This document shows positions 1 through 12,093 of a DNA stretch of 64,000 nt, in pieces. Source of the DNA: Selaginella moellendorffii (Eukaryota > Plantae > Lycopodiophyta); assembly GCF_000143415.4 (NCBI RefSeq), contig NW_003314273.1, positions 2,790,719 to 2,854,718 on the forward strand. The letters are read 5' to 3'. The translations under genes and the position numbers were made by a program. The notes beneath the pieces were generated by a model. The model made no database searches. It was given only the letters and a program-made list of their open reading frames with translations, and was not told where the DNA came from. Position 1 is the stretch's first letter, and each line of letters opens with the position of its first letter.

Positions 1-449
1 AAATGATCCAAGCTACAACCAATTCTGAAAATTTGGTTTAGAGGTAATCTCAATCCAGAGATAAAACCAGCATAGAGCAGAATTTCACAACTGATGCTGA
101 TCACTCTCAATCAAATCCTCGAGAAGTTTGATTGGGAAAAATCCAATCAAGACGCTTTTCAATTTCTAGAAAAAACTGGCGCGTCAAGGGGCTGGAATCT
201 CGCCACGTACGCGCAAAAAGACACGTGGCTTGCATAGATTCGCCGCCACTAGCGTGTGCTCTTGACCACGCCTGGCTCCACGCTTTCGATTGACGCAATA
301 AAAGTACCATTCCTCGTTTGGTGGCACACCTCCCATCTCCGCTCCCTCCAATTCGATCGATCGATCGATCAATCCGGTAGCCAGTAGCGCTAGCATCCAG
401 ATCCTCTCCTCCAATTCGCGTCAATTCTATGCTATAGATTACAGGATCT

Positions 450-749
450 ATGGCTTACTTCAAATCTATGGCAACTATGGCGGCTGCCACGGCCACTGCA
501 GCGATCTACGAGGCTCGAGTCCATCACTTCCATCACGACTCGCCTTCCTCCTCCGCGAATTCACCAGATCACGAGCAATTCCACCAGGATCCCTCGTCAG
601 GAGCGCACAGCCAAGGGGCAAGCAGCAAGATCCAAGCTCACGATCACAAGAACCAAGGGGGAGGAGTGATGGGCAGTGGTTGTATCCCACAGCATCAAGA
701 CCCAAGGCTCCATTTCTTCGATACTCTCATCCCTGGCACTAGATACTAG
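450..749 (+). CDS. 99-aa small protein of unknown function (copy 1)
   Basis: Open ORF preceded by a 3' splice-site-like 'ttacag'. Near-identical open copies at 24923-25222 and 59638-59937. C-terminus PQHQDPRLHFFDTLIP resembles the 'P.FDGLHCFET' end motif of small plant proteins. Confidence 0.55.
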   Translation: MAYFKSMATMAAATATAAIYEARVHHFHHDSPSSSANSPDHEQFHQDPSSGAHSQGASSKIQAHDHKNQGGGVMGSGCIPQHQDPRLHFFDTLIPGTRY

Positions 750-912
750 CGATAGAAACGAAAAGGCTCCCATTCATCGATGATTCTTCCAATTGTCAAT
801 AAATTCCATGACCTCTCATACTAAAAGAACTCCATTAGATTGATCAAATGGTTCTTTAGTTCTTCCCAGTCGATGATAGTTTACACCCAAAAAGTTTCTT
901 CTACGATCATCT

Positions 913-1620
913 CTATGATCGCCTAAACGCGTTCTTGTCCGTGAACTTCTCGCGGTAGTGCGATCGCCGATGCAAAGTATCCCCGACCGAGGCACTGCCT
1001 CCATTCTCGGTGCCATAGACACTCCTGTTCGTCTCGTCCAGGAAGTTCTTCCCCGACTTGATCGAGTCCTTCTCCTCCTGGACAGCGTCGCTCGCCGAGG
1101 CGCGTTTGATCCGCTGCCATCGCTGCTCCTCGTGGAGCTCCGCGTCCTGCTGCATCTCTCCTCCTCGCTCAGCTGGACTTTCTTCCTCGGCAGCGGTGGC
1201 TTGCCGGAGTCGCGGTTTTCCTCCCTGTCCCTGTGCCTGTCTTCGTGCCTGCGATGCCGATCATCCACGTCTGGGCTATCGTGTCTCTCCCGCTTTCTAC
1301 TTCTCGTATCATCGTCCTCGCGAACTTGGTTGCTTCTGTACCTGTCTTGCTCGTCTCTCTCGGGAATTCTTTTGCTGCGATCTTCTCGATCATCCCGTGA
1401 AGAAGCACCTATTTTGTTTCTATGCCTGTCTTCCCCGTCGCTGCCCTCGGCAGATCTTTTCCTCCTGCTATACCTGTCATCCTCATCGGAAGCTCCTTTG
1501 TTTCCATCGTCATCCTCCTCGGCAGCTCTTCTGCTTCGATCAGCTCTCTTTGCTTCTGGCTCGCCAGCTTCACCGTTCTCTTTCATTTTCTTCTTCAGTG
1601 CCTTCCTTTTCTGCTTCTCC
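913..1620 (-). pseudogene. CWC25: Pre-mRNA splicing factor CWC25-like, last-exon fragment, frameshifted
   Basis: Matches the last exon at 9586-10374 (LSEEEK..MQQDAELHEEQRWQR). A deletion after 'LSEEE' shifts the frame, and the copy is truncated at ~1620. Confidence 0.75.
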
Positions 1621-1728
1621 TTGGCTTATGGATTCATGGCTTCTGCTGCTGCTAGATCGTTGATCGCTTCGTGAGAAATTAGTTATCTTCCTCTCAAGAT
1701 CGATCAAACTAAAGCTTTTTCACTGCAG

Positions 1729-1880
1729 ATTGGAGAGAACGAGATTCTTTTTGCGGCACTCGTATCTCAAGACGCCGGCACTGATGGGTATGATCGCATT
1801 GTCGATCCAAGCGGGGGTTCCTCTCTCGTTTGGAATTTTCAAGCAAAGCCTCGGTGGATGTGGCGAGCCTGGAGAGGAGA
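1729..1880 (+). pseudogene. Sideroflexin (mitochondrial tricarboxylate/serine carrier) C-terminal exon fragment
   Basis: After the acceptor 'cactgcag' it reads LERTRFFLRHSYLKTPALMGMIALSIQAGVPLSFGIFKQ, then across a frameshift ASVDVASLE. This resembles the sideroflexin C-terminal pattern LE...FL.R.P....P...........P....LFPQ..S..V..LE. Confidence 0.55.
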
Positions 1881-3089
1881 GAGAGAATTGTTGGCAGGCA
1901 ACACACAACATCTTCTTGGTGTTACAAGCTGGTGGCTTCAGAAAAGTGCCCTGGAGCAGCTGGGGACAAGCCGGACGAGCTTGAGAGCAGGCAAGAAAAA
2001 AAAAAGATCCCCAAATAAAGAGAGGAAGCGTTTATTTTTTACCTTGACGTTCAAGTTGTTTCACTGCTCTTTTTTCCACTCATTAATTCATTCATTTATT
2101 CAAACGGTTTACATGGTCTCACTGAAGCATTAGACCAAAGCTCTTTGTAGAAAAGAGCAAACTTTAGGCGATCGAAAGAATGCTTGCCTGAATTTCTTTC
2201 GATGAGATGATCGTCCAGAGCGGTTTGCAAGATGGATACCTAGAATATCCTTTAATTTAACAAATTTTGGGCGGGGAGAAAGCGCTCACGATCCCAATAT
2301 ATTTATCATCATTTAGATTAATCTTAAATTATATACATTACAACATTTTCTCTCTCTAAATTTAGTGCCTTTGTTTATTAGAACGGACTGACAGCCTTTT
2401 ACGGGGCTGGAATCTTTGCTGGTAGGATTTTCTTCTTTTGTTTTTTTGAATTTTTGCGAATTGCTGCTTGGATTTACACCATTGCCTAAAACCCAATTAT
2501 CTCACTGCCACGTCAGCTGGAGCAGCCCGGCTCTTCAACACATGGTCTTGGAGCTTTCCGCATCCTATACTTGGTCCATATATCCAAAGAGGGATGATTG
2601 TTCTAATTGTCACTGAGCAAATAACAACATAACGCAAAGAGATTAACAGGCTTGAAAACTTAGTGTTTAACAGGGGCTCTTTCTTGATACAAGCCAACTT
2701 CTTCTTTCACAACAAATACCACAACATCCTGCCTCATAATAGATATTTCGCGGCCCAACACCATCCAGGTGTAATCCCTGCTGTAAGTCCCTCTTTCTCC
2801 GCTCTTGGTTTGATATTCTTGCACAAACAAAGTCTGCAGCTTGTCCAGACTCTCAACCAACAATTGACTCAGACTTCAACAGATATTTTGTATCTGGATG
2901 AAACCTGTCGTTAGCAGGGACAAAAATCGTCACGAACATCAGAATTTAAGAGAATAAAGACAGGAAAATATGAACAACAGCAAAAGTTCCACGCTGCCAA
3001 TTCTTCGCTAGTCAAATCGCAGCAAAACTATCTTAATTCTGCTCAGAAAGAAAAAAAAAATGCTACAATGCACATCAAGCAAACTAAAA

Positions 3090-3633
3090 TTCGCATCCAA
3101 ATGTTCTCTTAGCAAAACGTGATCCGGCCTTTTTACAACATTCCCAGCGCTCCCTCTAACCTTTGGTTGTTTACATGCTGTCAGCATGGCAGTTGACATC
3201 GTCGTTTCACACATTCGATGCTCTAACTTTTCCAGCTGTAATAAGAGCAAACCAGGGCAAGAAACAAGACCATATCCCCTTTCTGGCATTAGCTCGTTGT
3301 TTTATCCAAATACCTGTTACTGGCATAATCAGGAACGTCGTCTGCTTGTTGGAGGAATCCATACCGAGAGAAGGGCAGTGATCATGCTCGTCCCACTCGG
3401 GCATTCAATCAACCAGCTGCTTGGCGACATTCCACGAAAATCAATTCCTTAATCTAGAGCCCCAAAGGACTTGCCACTATGGGCATCCACACCTCATATA
3501 CATTGCACCACCAAATTGGACGCCAAACAATCTCCTGCCGCCGAGGAGGTGCTTGATCTCATTGTGGCTGGATGTTGGTAAATTTGATACGGTTCTTTAT
3601 TCCATCCAGCAAAACCTCGCTTGCGAACGCATG
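3090..3633 (-). pseudogene. PPR relic (type C, divergent from CCD)
   Basis: Fragments MPEWD, MITAFSR and WTAMLT with many deletions. Homologous to 17194-17740, 48316-48860 and 49280-49821. Confidence 0.7.
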
Positions 3634-3936
3634 ACCACCTAAAATTACATTATTCTAAAGCAGAGATGATATTTCGTGTGGGGGTGCGTTGAATATATCT
3701 AGCTTTGTTTTTGGTCCACTCGTGCCCGTCTAGGAAGCATGAGACCCTACCTTTACAGCCTCCGCCGACACGCAATTATTGGTCTCACGCGCATTGTTTC
3801 CAACCTCTGATTGTCCCACATCCCAAGTAGTTAGTAACATTCTCCACCTCAGCCCTACAATATGATCTTATCTATGCGAGGCGTGTGGTTCAGAGCATCC
3901 AATCCATAGCTCTGAAATTCGATTGGAGAGACCAAT

Positions 3937-4630
3937 GTATGTATGCCAATGGCACTGTTCTTAGTCGTTGATTGTGTCTCAATGCATGCCACAGCTGGCA
4001 TTGATATTGGTTATAGCCTTACCAACTTCTCCTTCCCTGCTCCACCCAGGAGAAGATCATCGAGGATCACAGCCACGGCTACCAATTCCTCTCGCAAGTA
4101 TTATCAATACCCTTGGATTCTCAATCCCCATCGAAGAGGCGCGGGGTAGCCCTGTGCGACACGGTGGAGAATTTCATCTCCATGTACATTGATCTTCGCG
4201 AGTTTCCTCCCCAGATCCAGCTCGCGGACAATTTCGCCCCGGTTGGAGAGTTCCCGCCAACGCCGTGCCGCCGAGTCACTGGCGAGATCCCTCGCTGCCT
4301 CCGCGGCGGTGCTTACATCCGCAATGGCTCCAATCCACTCCATCCCCCTCCCGCCGGCTACAACTACTTCGACGGCCACGGGATGCTCCACTCTGTCAAG
4401 TTCGGCGATGAAGAAGAGCAAGCTCCAGTCTACTGCGCGCGATTCACCCAGAACAATCGATTCGTCCAGGAGCAAGCAGCGGGCAAGCCTCTCTTCCCCT
4501 ACACACTGGGCACCATGAGCAGCTATGCGGGGCTCGCACGATTCGGGCTATTCGTGATGCGCAGCTCTGGGCCTGATCAATATCTTGGGCGGGATGGGAA
4601 CCTCCAACGCTGGGATGGCCTACTTCGGAT
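3937..4630 (+). pseudogene. Carotenoid cleavage dioxygenase 5' fragment
   Basis: QLADNFAPV, YIRNGSNP and FDGHGMLH are present. Frameshifted and fused at ~4630 to an opposite-strand PPR copy. Confidence 0.85.
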
Positions 4631-5981
4631 GCAAAACCAGACAAGAGAGCATTGAAAGCAATAGCACCCTTTTCATTGGAGTTGTCAAAAATTCTCTTAG
4701 CAAAAGGCATATGTCCACATCGGGCATATGCCGACACGAGCACAATCAGTGGTACAATCAGTGGTATCTCGCTGTGACCCGGCATTTTTTCGAAAATCCA
4801 CAGGGCGTCTTCTATCCTGTGGTTGTTTACATATCCTGTGAGCATGGCAGTCCACGTAACCTCGTTTCGCTCCTTCATTCCATCAAAGAGTTTCTTTACT
4901 TTTTCCAGATGCCCGTTGCAAGCATATGCTGTAATGAGAGCGGTTGCCGGGACTAAATGCTCGCCTTGATCAGGCAGACCTAAACATATGGCTTCGGCGT
5001 CGTGAGTCCGTCCTCGTCGAGAATACAAGCGCAGGATTGCAGGGCAAGCAAACGCGTTGTGGTGTTGCATGGTGTAAAATATTTGCTCAGCCTCGGCGAT
5101 GCTAATGTCGTCGTCATCTGCGTAAGCGGACAGGATTACCGCGCATGAAACCACATCTATACACTCAATCGACTCAAACAGATTCTTTGCCTCGTGAAAG
5201 CAGCCACTTTCCACCAAGACGACAAGCGAAACCGTGCAGGCAACCAAATCCTTGTGAGGCAGCGCGAGGAAGAAATACTTGGCATCTTCCAAAAGGCCGT
5301 GCTGGCCAAAGCACTGAATCATGAACGTAAAAGACAGAGGATCAATTCTGGCATGTTGGAGAAGATGTCCTTCGCCTCCTGCAAATGCCCAGCATGGGTA
5401 AGTGCTGATAGCTGAGAGTTCCAAGAAACAAGATCTCTCTCAGGCATGGAGCTGAAGAGTGTCGTTACTTGAACCAAGCTGGTGGATTTGGATAGAAGAG
5501 ATTAAGCTCCTTTCTGGCATAAGCTCAAAGAGCTGTATTGCTTTATCCAAATGCCCGTTTGTAAGATCATTGCATTCCATGCTACAAGGCCTCTCTCTCT
5601 CATGGAATCGAAAACTTCTTTTGCCTGTAGGAGTAAGCCATGCCTAGAGAAGGCAGTGATCATGATCGACCATGAAGCAACATCCCATTCGGGCATTCGA
5701 TCAAACAACTGCTTTGCTTGGTCAAGATGGCTGTTTGATGCGAAGGCAGAGAGCATGGCATTCCACGAGAATTGATTCCGTGATGTAGAGCCGTGGAAGA
5801 TTTGCCATGCTGCCTCTGGGCATCCACACCTCCCATACATTTGCACCACCAAATTGCATGCCAAGCAGTCTCCTGCCGCCAGGAGGTGCTCAATCTCATT
5901 TTGGAGCTTAGAAGCTGTGGATAGATTGCTATACTTCTTTATTGCATCCAACAAAACCTCTCGACAATCTAGTGCTAACAT
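4631..5981 (-). pseudogene. PLS-class PPR pseudogene (type A), 3'-truncated
   Basis: High identity to 13587-15530, with several frameshifting deletions. Ends at the CCD junction. Confidence 0.85.
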
Positions 5982-6008
5982 CGTTCTCTGTAAGAAAAAA
6001 CCATATAA

Positions 6009-6398
6009 TCATGCACAAGCTTGGATGGTTCCTTGGTTGTTGTAGAAACAATCATCAATTCGGAGATTAGTATCATGATCCGCACCACTATTGTTTTTGC
6101 ACGTCGCATAGTAGACCAACTTTGGGATGTTTTCATTGTTATACAAGTAACCTGTGGGTGTGCATGTCTCTAAGAAATTTGCCCCACCACACTTTAAATT
6201 CCCATTATCATTGTGGATGTGATTGTCCAAGACCAAATAAATGTCAGATTTTTCAGGGAGACACCATTCTAAATGAATACTGATTAGGCTGAATTCAACT
6301 ATAGGACAAGTAAGTGAGAAATCCCCACACCCAAATGTTTTAGGAATCATCAAAGCAGCAAGCGAGGCAGCAATAGAAACTATCAATCGCACACCCAT
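6009..6398 (-). CDS. Secreted cyanovirin-N homolog (CVNH) lectin, 129 aa
   Basis: Hydrophobic signal peptide, then GDFSLTC...LVLDNHIHNDNGNLKCGGANFLETC...ATCKNNSGADHDTNLRIDDCFYNNQGTI. This is colinear with cyanovirin-N GKFSQTC...IDLNSVIENVDGSLKWQPSNFIETC...AECK...STKINLDDHIANIDGTL. Confidence 0.8.
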   Translation of the reverse strand: MGVRLIVSIAASLAALMIPKTFGCGDFSLTCPIVEFSLISIHLEWCLPEKSDIYLVLDNHIHNDNGNLKCGGANFLETCTPTGYLYNNENIPKLVYYATCKNNSGADHDTNLRIDDCFYNNQGTIQACA

Positions 6399-6519
6399 TC
6401 TAAAAATTAGTTTTTTGAAGCACAAACGCTGAGATTTATTGGCAAGGGAAAATCCAATCAACCTTTATGGAGACGAAATTTTTTGCCGTGTAGTCCACGT
6501 AGGATTCGTATTGATGAAC

Positions 6520-7075
6520 AAAAATCTTCAAGAACATTGGAGTTGTCAAACATTCTCTTCGCAAAAAGCATACGTCCATTTCGGGCAAGAGCACAATCTG
6601 GTGTCACGCTGTGATCGGCATTGTTTCGAACGCTTCCTCCAACTTCTGGTAGTTAACATACCCTGCACGTAACCTCGTCTTGCGCCTTCATTCTTTGGGA
6701 CGCTAAATGCTCGCCTTGATCAGCCAGACCTAAATATATGTCATGAGTCCGTTCTTGAGAATACAAGCGCAGCATTGCAGTGCAAGCAAACGCTGCATGC
6801 TGTAAAAATTCTGCTCAGCCTCGACTGTCGTTCTGCGAAAGCATAGCACAAGACAATGGACTCGTGAAGCAGCCACTTTCCGCCAAGATGACAAGCAAAG
6901 CAGTGGACGCAACCCAAATGCTTATGACGGTGACCAAAGCACTGAATGGGCGTGAAAGACAGAGGAGCAAACTCTGGCATGTTGGAAAAGATGTTCTTCG
7001 CCTCCTGCAAATGCCCAGCTTGGGCAGTTGCTGCTAGATAAGAGTTCCAAGAAACAAGATCTCTCTCAGGCATAA
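6520..7075 (-). pseudogene. PPR relic (type B)
   Basis: MPERDLVSWNS...AGHLQEAKNIFSNMPE with multiple deletions. Confidence 0.7.
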
Positions 7076-8489
7076 CACAACGTCCTGGCTGATAATAGAT
7101 ATTTCGCGGCCCAGCAGGTGTAATCCCTGCTGTAAGTCCTTCTTTCTCCGCACTTTTGAGATTCCTGCACAAACAAAGTCTGAAGCTCGTCCATACTCTC
7201 AACCAACAATCTACATGCTGTTGTTCATCATTTTCCTGTCTTTATTCTCTTAATTCTGATGTTCGTGACGATTTTTGTCCCTGCTAAAGGATAAAACTTT
7301 CTGAAGATCCTTCCATAGCAGTTTCACGTTCGCAGATAGAGCATTAGGTATATACCATGAAATGTCTTCCACGACAGGTTTCATCCAGATACAAAATATT
7401 TGTTGAAGTCTGTGTCAATTGTTGGTTGAGAGTATGGACAAGCTTCAGCCCCTGTTAAACACTAAGTTTTCAAGCCTGTTAATCTCTTTGCGTTACGTTG
7501 TTATTTGCTCAGTGACAATTAGAACAGACCTCTTTGGATATATGGACCGAGCATAGGAAAAGCTCCAAGACCATATGTTGAAGAGACGGGCTGCTCCAGC
7601 TGACGTGGCAGTGAGATAATTGGGTTCTAGGCAATGGTTTAAATCCAAGCAGCGATTCGCAAAAATTCACAAAAACAAAAGAAGAAAATCCTACCAGCAA
7701 TGGTTACCAAGATTCCAGGCTGTCAATAAACAAAGGCACTAAATTTAGAGAGAAAAAATGTTGTAATGTATATAATTTAAGATTAATCTAAATGATGATA
7801 AATATATTAGGATACACAGGACATGCTCTAATTGTCGTGAGCCGGTGTGTTAAATTAAAGGACATTCTAGGTATCCATCTTGCAAACCAAAAATAGCTCT
7901 GGACGATCATCTTATCGAAAGAAATTCAGGCAAGCATTCTTTCGATCGCCTAAAGTTTGCTCGTTTCTAGAGAGAGTTTTGGTCTAATGCTTCAGTGAGA
8001 CCATGTAAACCGTTTGAATAAATGAATGAATTAATGAGTGGAAAAAAGAGCAGATGAACGTCAAGGTAAAAAATAAACGCTTCCTCTCTTTACTTGGGTA
8101 TCTTTTTTTTTCTTGCCTGCTCTCAAGCTCGTCCGGCTTGTCCCCGGCAGCTGCAGGGCACTCTTCTGAAGCCACCAGCTTGTAACACCAAGAAGACGTT
8201 GTGTGTTGCCTGCCAACAATTCTCTCTCTCCTAGCTTCTTGGCTGTCAGTTCAAACTTTGAGCTAAACTTATAACTGGATAGGGTATCTTATTATGGTGG
8301 TGGTAGTGATATCACATCATCGCTATTGCGATAGCTCGTCCCCAGCCGCTTAACCCCTCTCTTGGTCTCTCCTGGTATGCTCTCGTCTCACAAACTGCTG
8401 CAGAACATGTTACTAGGATCGATTGATGATCAAATTGCAATATCTCCCACATGCTTGTAAGCATACCACCTCGCACACAAGACATATAT

Positions 8490-9568
8490 CCCAAGGTTGA
8501 TAGAATTGTCAGCAGCCAGTAGAAGTACTCAATGTGAGCCCTGTTGAGATTGTCATTGATCCAGTTGCCGTCAACCTGGCCACCTTTTGTACTTGTAAAC
8601 TTGACCACCATCTCCACGAGCAAGCTGCTGATGAAGCTCCCCATGGAGATGGTGCTGAGATAGAGCGCCACTCCAATGCTTCGCATGGAATCGGGGGCTT
8701 GATCGTAGAAGAACTCGTTCTGGCCGACGGAGATGAAAACCTCCAAGAATGCGCTCATCGGGACCGTCGACTGGGGGCGATCCAACAGACCGTGTTGCCT
8801 AGCCACTCGCAAGCGCTTCATCTCCACCAGCGCGGCGATGGCGATGGAGACCGTGGAGATGACCTGGCCGATCCCGATGCGCTGGAGTCCCTCGCTCGTT
8901 CCCCGTGATCCGGCGCGCGAATGGCACGAAGTAGCGGTCGTAGAGCGGCATGATGATGCAAATGGTGAGGGTGATGAAGAGCGTGAAGGAGGCGGCTGGG
9001 ATCTGGAATCGCCCCAGATGCCGCTCCATGGTGTCGCCCTGGTTGAGGAATAAGGTGCCCACCTGGGCGAAGACGCTGCTAAAGATGAGGTTCGTGAACC
9101 AGATGGGCATCACTCGCACTAGGAGTTTCACTTCCTCGACTTGCGTCACTGGGGCACAGGCTCCACGGCTTCACTTCCTTGCTCTGCAGATCCTTCTCGC
9201 TCACCACCGCCGCCTTGTTCAGGAATCTGCTCGCGATCAATCGTAGTAAGCTAAGATTGTTCTTCTGGACTTACGTGAATTCTTTACTCCTGGGGAGGTT
9301 CCGGATGTGTGGGAACTGCGCCTCCTTGTCGCTCAGCTCGTACAGCTTCTCATCGTCGTCTGGAACGCTCACATTCCACTTCCTGGTGGCCGCCACCAGG
9401 ACCTGAGCGACGCGGGTGAAGGGACTTCCAGCGGGCTTTTGGGTGCGATAGTTTGATCTCCCGGAGAAGAAGAGGAGGGTGGCGAGGGTGACGACAGCGG
9501 TAGCGCCGCCCCATCCCCACGTCCATCCGTAAGTCACCTGGATGTAGACGAGGGCAGTGACCGAGAAC
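8490..9568 (-). pseudogene. NRT1/PTR family (NPF) transporter, 3' two-thirds
   Basis: VYIQ..YGWTWG, QKPAGSPFTRVAQV, VTQVEEVK, FFYDQAPDSMRS and NDNLNRAHIEYFYWLL are present. The 5' part is missing and the frame is shifted. Confidence 0.85.
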
Positions 9569-9585
9569 TTTGATTGTTTTTGCAG

Positions 9586-10374
9586 GTAGAGAGCAAGATG
9601 GAAGCTAAAGAGGAAACGAAGCGATTGAAAGCACAAGTAAAAGCCGAGGAGAAGCAGAAAAGGAAGGCACTGAAGAAGAAAATGAAAGAGAACGGTGAAG
9701 CTGCCAAGCCAGAAGCAAAGAGAGCTGATCGAAGCAGAAGAGCTGCCAAGGAGGATGACGATGGAAACAAAAGAGCTTCCGATGAGGATGAGAGGTATAG
9801 CAGGAGGAAAAGATCTGCCGAGGACAGCGACGAGGAAGACAGGCATAGAAACAAAATAGGTGCTTCTTCACGGGATGATCGAGAAGATCGCAGCAAAAGA
9901 ATTCCCGAGAGAGACGAGCAAGACAGGTACAGAAGCAACCAAGTTCGCGAGGACGATGATACGAGAAGTAGAAAGCGGGAGAGACACGACAGCCCAGACG
10001 TGGATGATCGGCATCGCAGGCACGAAGACAGGCACAGGGACAGGGAGGAAAACCGCGAGTCCGGCAAGCCACCGCTGCCGAGGAAGAAAGTCCAGCTGAG
10101 CGAGGAGGAGAAGATGGCGCGGCTGAGAGGGATGCAGCAGGACGCAGAGCTCCACGAGGAGCAGCGATGGCAGCGGATCAAACGCGCCTCGGCGAGCGAC
10201 GCTGTCCAGGAGGAGAAGGACTCGATCAAGTCGGGGAAGAACTTCCTGGACGAGACGAACAGGGGTGTCTATGGCACCGAGAATGGAGGCAGTGCATCGG
10301 TCGCGGATACTTTGCATCGGCGATCGCACTACCGCGAGAAGTTCACGGACAAGAACGCGTTTAGGCGATCATAG
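9586..10374 (+). pseudogene. CWC25: CWC25-like last exon (open frame, orphaned from upstream exons)
   Basis: Starts after the acceptor 'tttttgcag' and is homologous to the last exon at 60100-60860. Upstream exons are replaced by the NPF fragment. Confidence 0.75.
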
Positions 10375-10537
10375 AGATGATCGTAGAAGAAACTCTTTGG
10401 GTGTAAACTATCATCGACTGGGAAGAACTAAAGAACCATTTGATCAATCTAATGGAGTTCTTTTGGTATGAGAGGTCATGGAATTTATTGACAATTGGAA
10501 GAATCATCGATGAATGGGAGCCTTTTCGTTTCTATCG

Positions 10538-10729
10538 CTAGTATCTAGTGCCAGGGATGGATCTTGCTGCTTGCCCCTTGGCTGTGCGCTCCTGGTGGAA
10601 TTGCTCGTGATCTGGCGAATTCGCGGAGGAGGAAGGCGAGTCGTGATGGAAGTGATGGACTCGAGCCTCGTAGATCGCTGCAGTGGCCGTGGCAGCCGCC
10701 ATAGTTGCCATAGATTTGAAGTAAGCCAT
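10538..10729 (-). pseudogene. Internally deleted copy of the 99-aa small ORF
   Basis: Same N-terminus and final IPGTRY as the intact copies, with two internal deletions. Confidence 0.65.
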
Positions 10730-11197
10730 AGATCCTGTAATCTATAGCATAGAATTGACGCGAATTGGAGGAGAGGGTCTGGATGCTAGCGCTACTAGTT
10801 ACCGGATTGATCGATCGATCGATCGAATGAGGGAGCGGAGGTGGGAGGGGATGAGATCGCAGAGCACAGGCTGTGCCACCAGACGAGGAATGGTACTTTT
10901 ATTGCGTCAATCGAAAGCGAGAACACACGCCTGGCGGCGAATCTATGCAAGCCACGTGTCTTTGCGCGTACGTGGCGAGATTCCAGTCCCCTTGACGCGC
11001 CAGTTTTTTCTAGAAATTCCTTCTCCAAAAGCGTCTTGATTGGATTTTTCCCTATCAAACTTCTCGAGGATTTGATTGAGAGTGATCAGCATCAATTGGA
11101 TTGGATCATCCAGGAACCTCTTGTGAGTTTCTGCTCTATGCTGGTTTTATCCCTGGATTGAGATAGTTAATCCTTACCTCAAAACCAAATTTTAAGA

Positions 11198-12062
11198 ATG
11201 GTTGTACAAGTGATTGGTGTGTGGCTTGCTGCTTGGATCATTTCTGGGGGATTTTGCTTTGTAAGCGAATTCAATATAACCAATAGTCATGTAGAACAGT
11301 GTGTCCCTGGAAAGAGTGAAATTTCTTAGTTTTGAAGTGTGGCGGGACTAGATTCTTAGATGCTGGCAAAAAATTCTCTCCATAATTTATATGGATCTAT
11401 GCTTAGATCTTATGTAAATTCAGTACTAGCAAACATAATATGCGATTCCCACTGGCAAAGGTTTTGTACCGGTGTGATATCACGGTTTGAAGAATCTTTA
11501 CTGATCGTGATCGCGTCAACTTTCTCAAATTGAGACATGCATGTTTGAATTTTACAAATGGAAATCCGGACACATAAACACTCTCTCGTATTCCTTGTGT
11601 CCTTGAATTGGAATCATGAACATGATAGCGTTCCTCATTAAATATAATTCCAGGCTGCGAATCCCCGGGAGACGGCTTAATCAGAATTTCACGAGTAATG
11701 TCGGTGGAAAGCATGATTATCCATCTGAGCTGGAAACAAGCATGATCCACGTACTTATCGTGATGGAGCTGGTTTTGTGACTACCTACCTGTAGTCGTCG
11801 CCACAATCACCAGCGATCGAGTGGAGGATCCCTGCAAATCGGAACCCCCCCCCCCCCTGCAAGTTGTGCTCGCCAATGCTCTCAGCGCCGATGATCACGC
11901 TGGCAACTCCTGGCTTGACCGCACGGAAACTGTACTTCGTGCCTATCGCTTTGCAAACTCCTGATCACGAGAGCTCGAACGCAATGGTGGTGTAGGTCAA
12001 GACACTAATCTCCGAATCGATGATTGTTTCTACAACTCTCAAGGCACTAGCCAAGATTGCAT
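11198..12062 (+). pseudogene. CVNH paralog relic (type B) interrupted by a ~416-bp foreign insert
   Basis: MVVQVIGVWLAAWII..EFNITNSHVEQCVPGKSEI, LKCGGTRFLD and GVGQDTNLRIDDCFYNSQGTSQDC. The insert at 11568-11983 is absent from the sister copies. Confidence 0.65.
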
Positions 12063-12093
12063 GGACAGATATGGTTTTGTCTCATAGAGAGCA

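Noticed and set aside
958-1674. Ser/Leu-rich ORFs antisense to CWC25 (also 9534-10229, 23961-24737, 60146-60918)
   Set aside because: Shadow frames of the purine-rich CWC25 exon.
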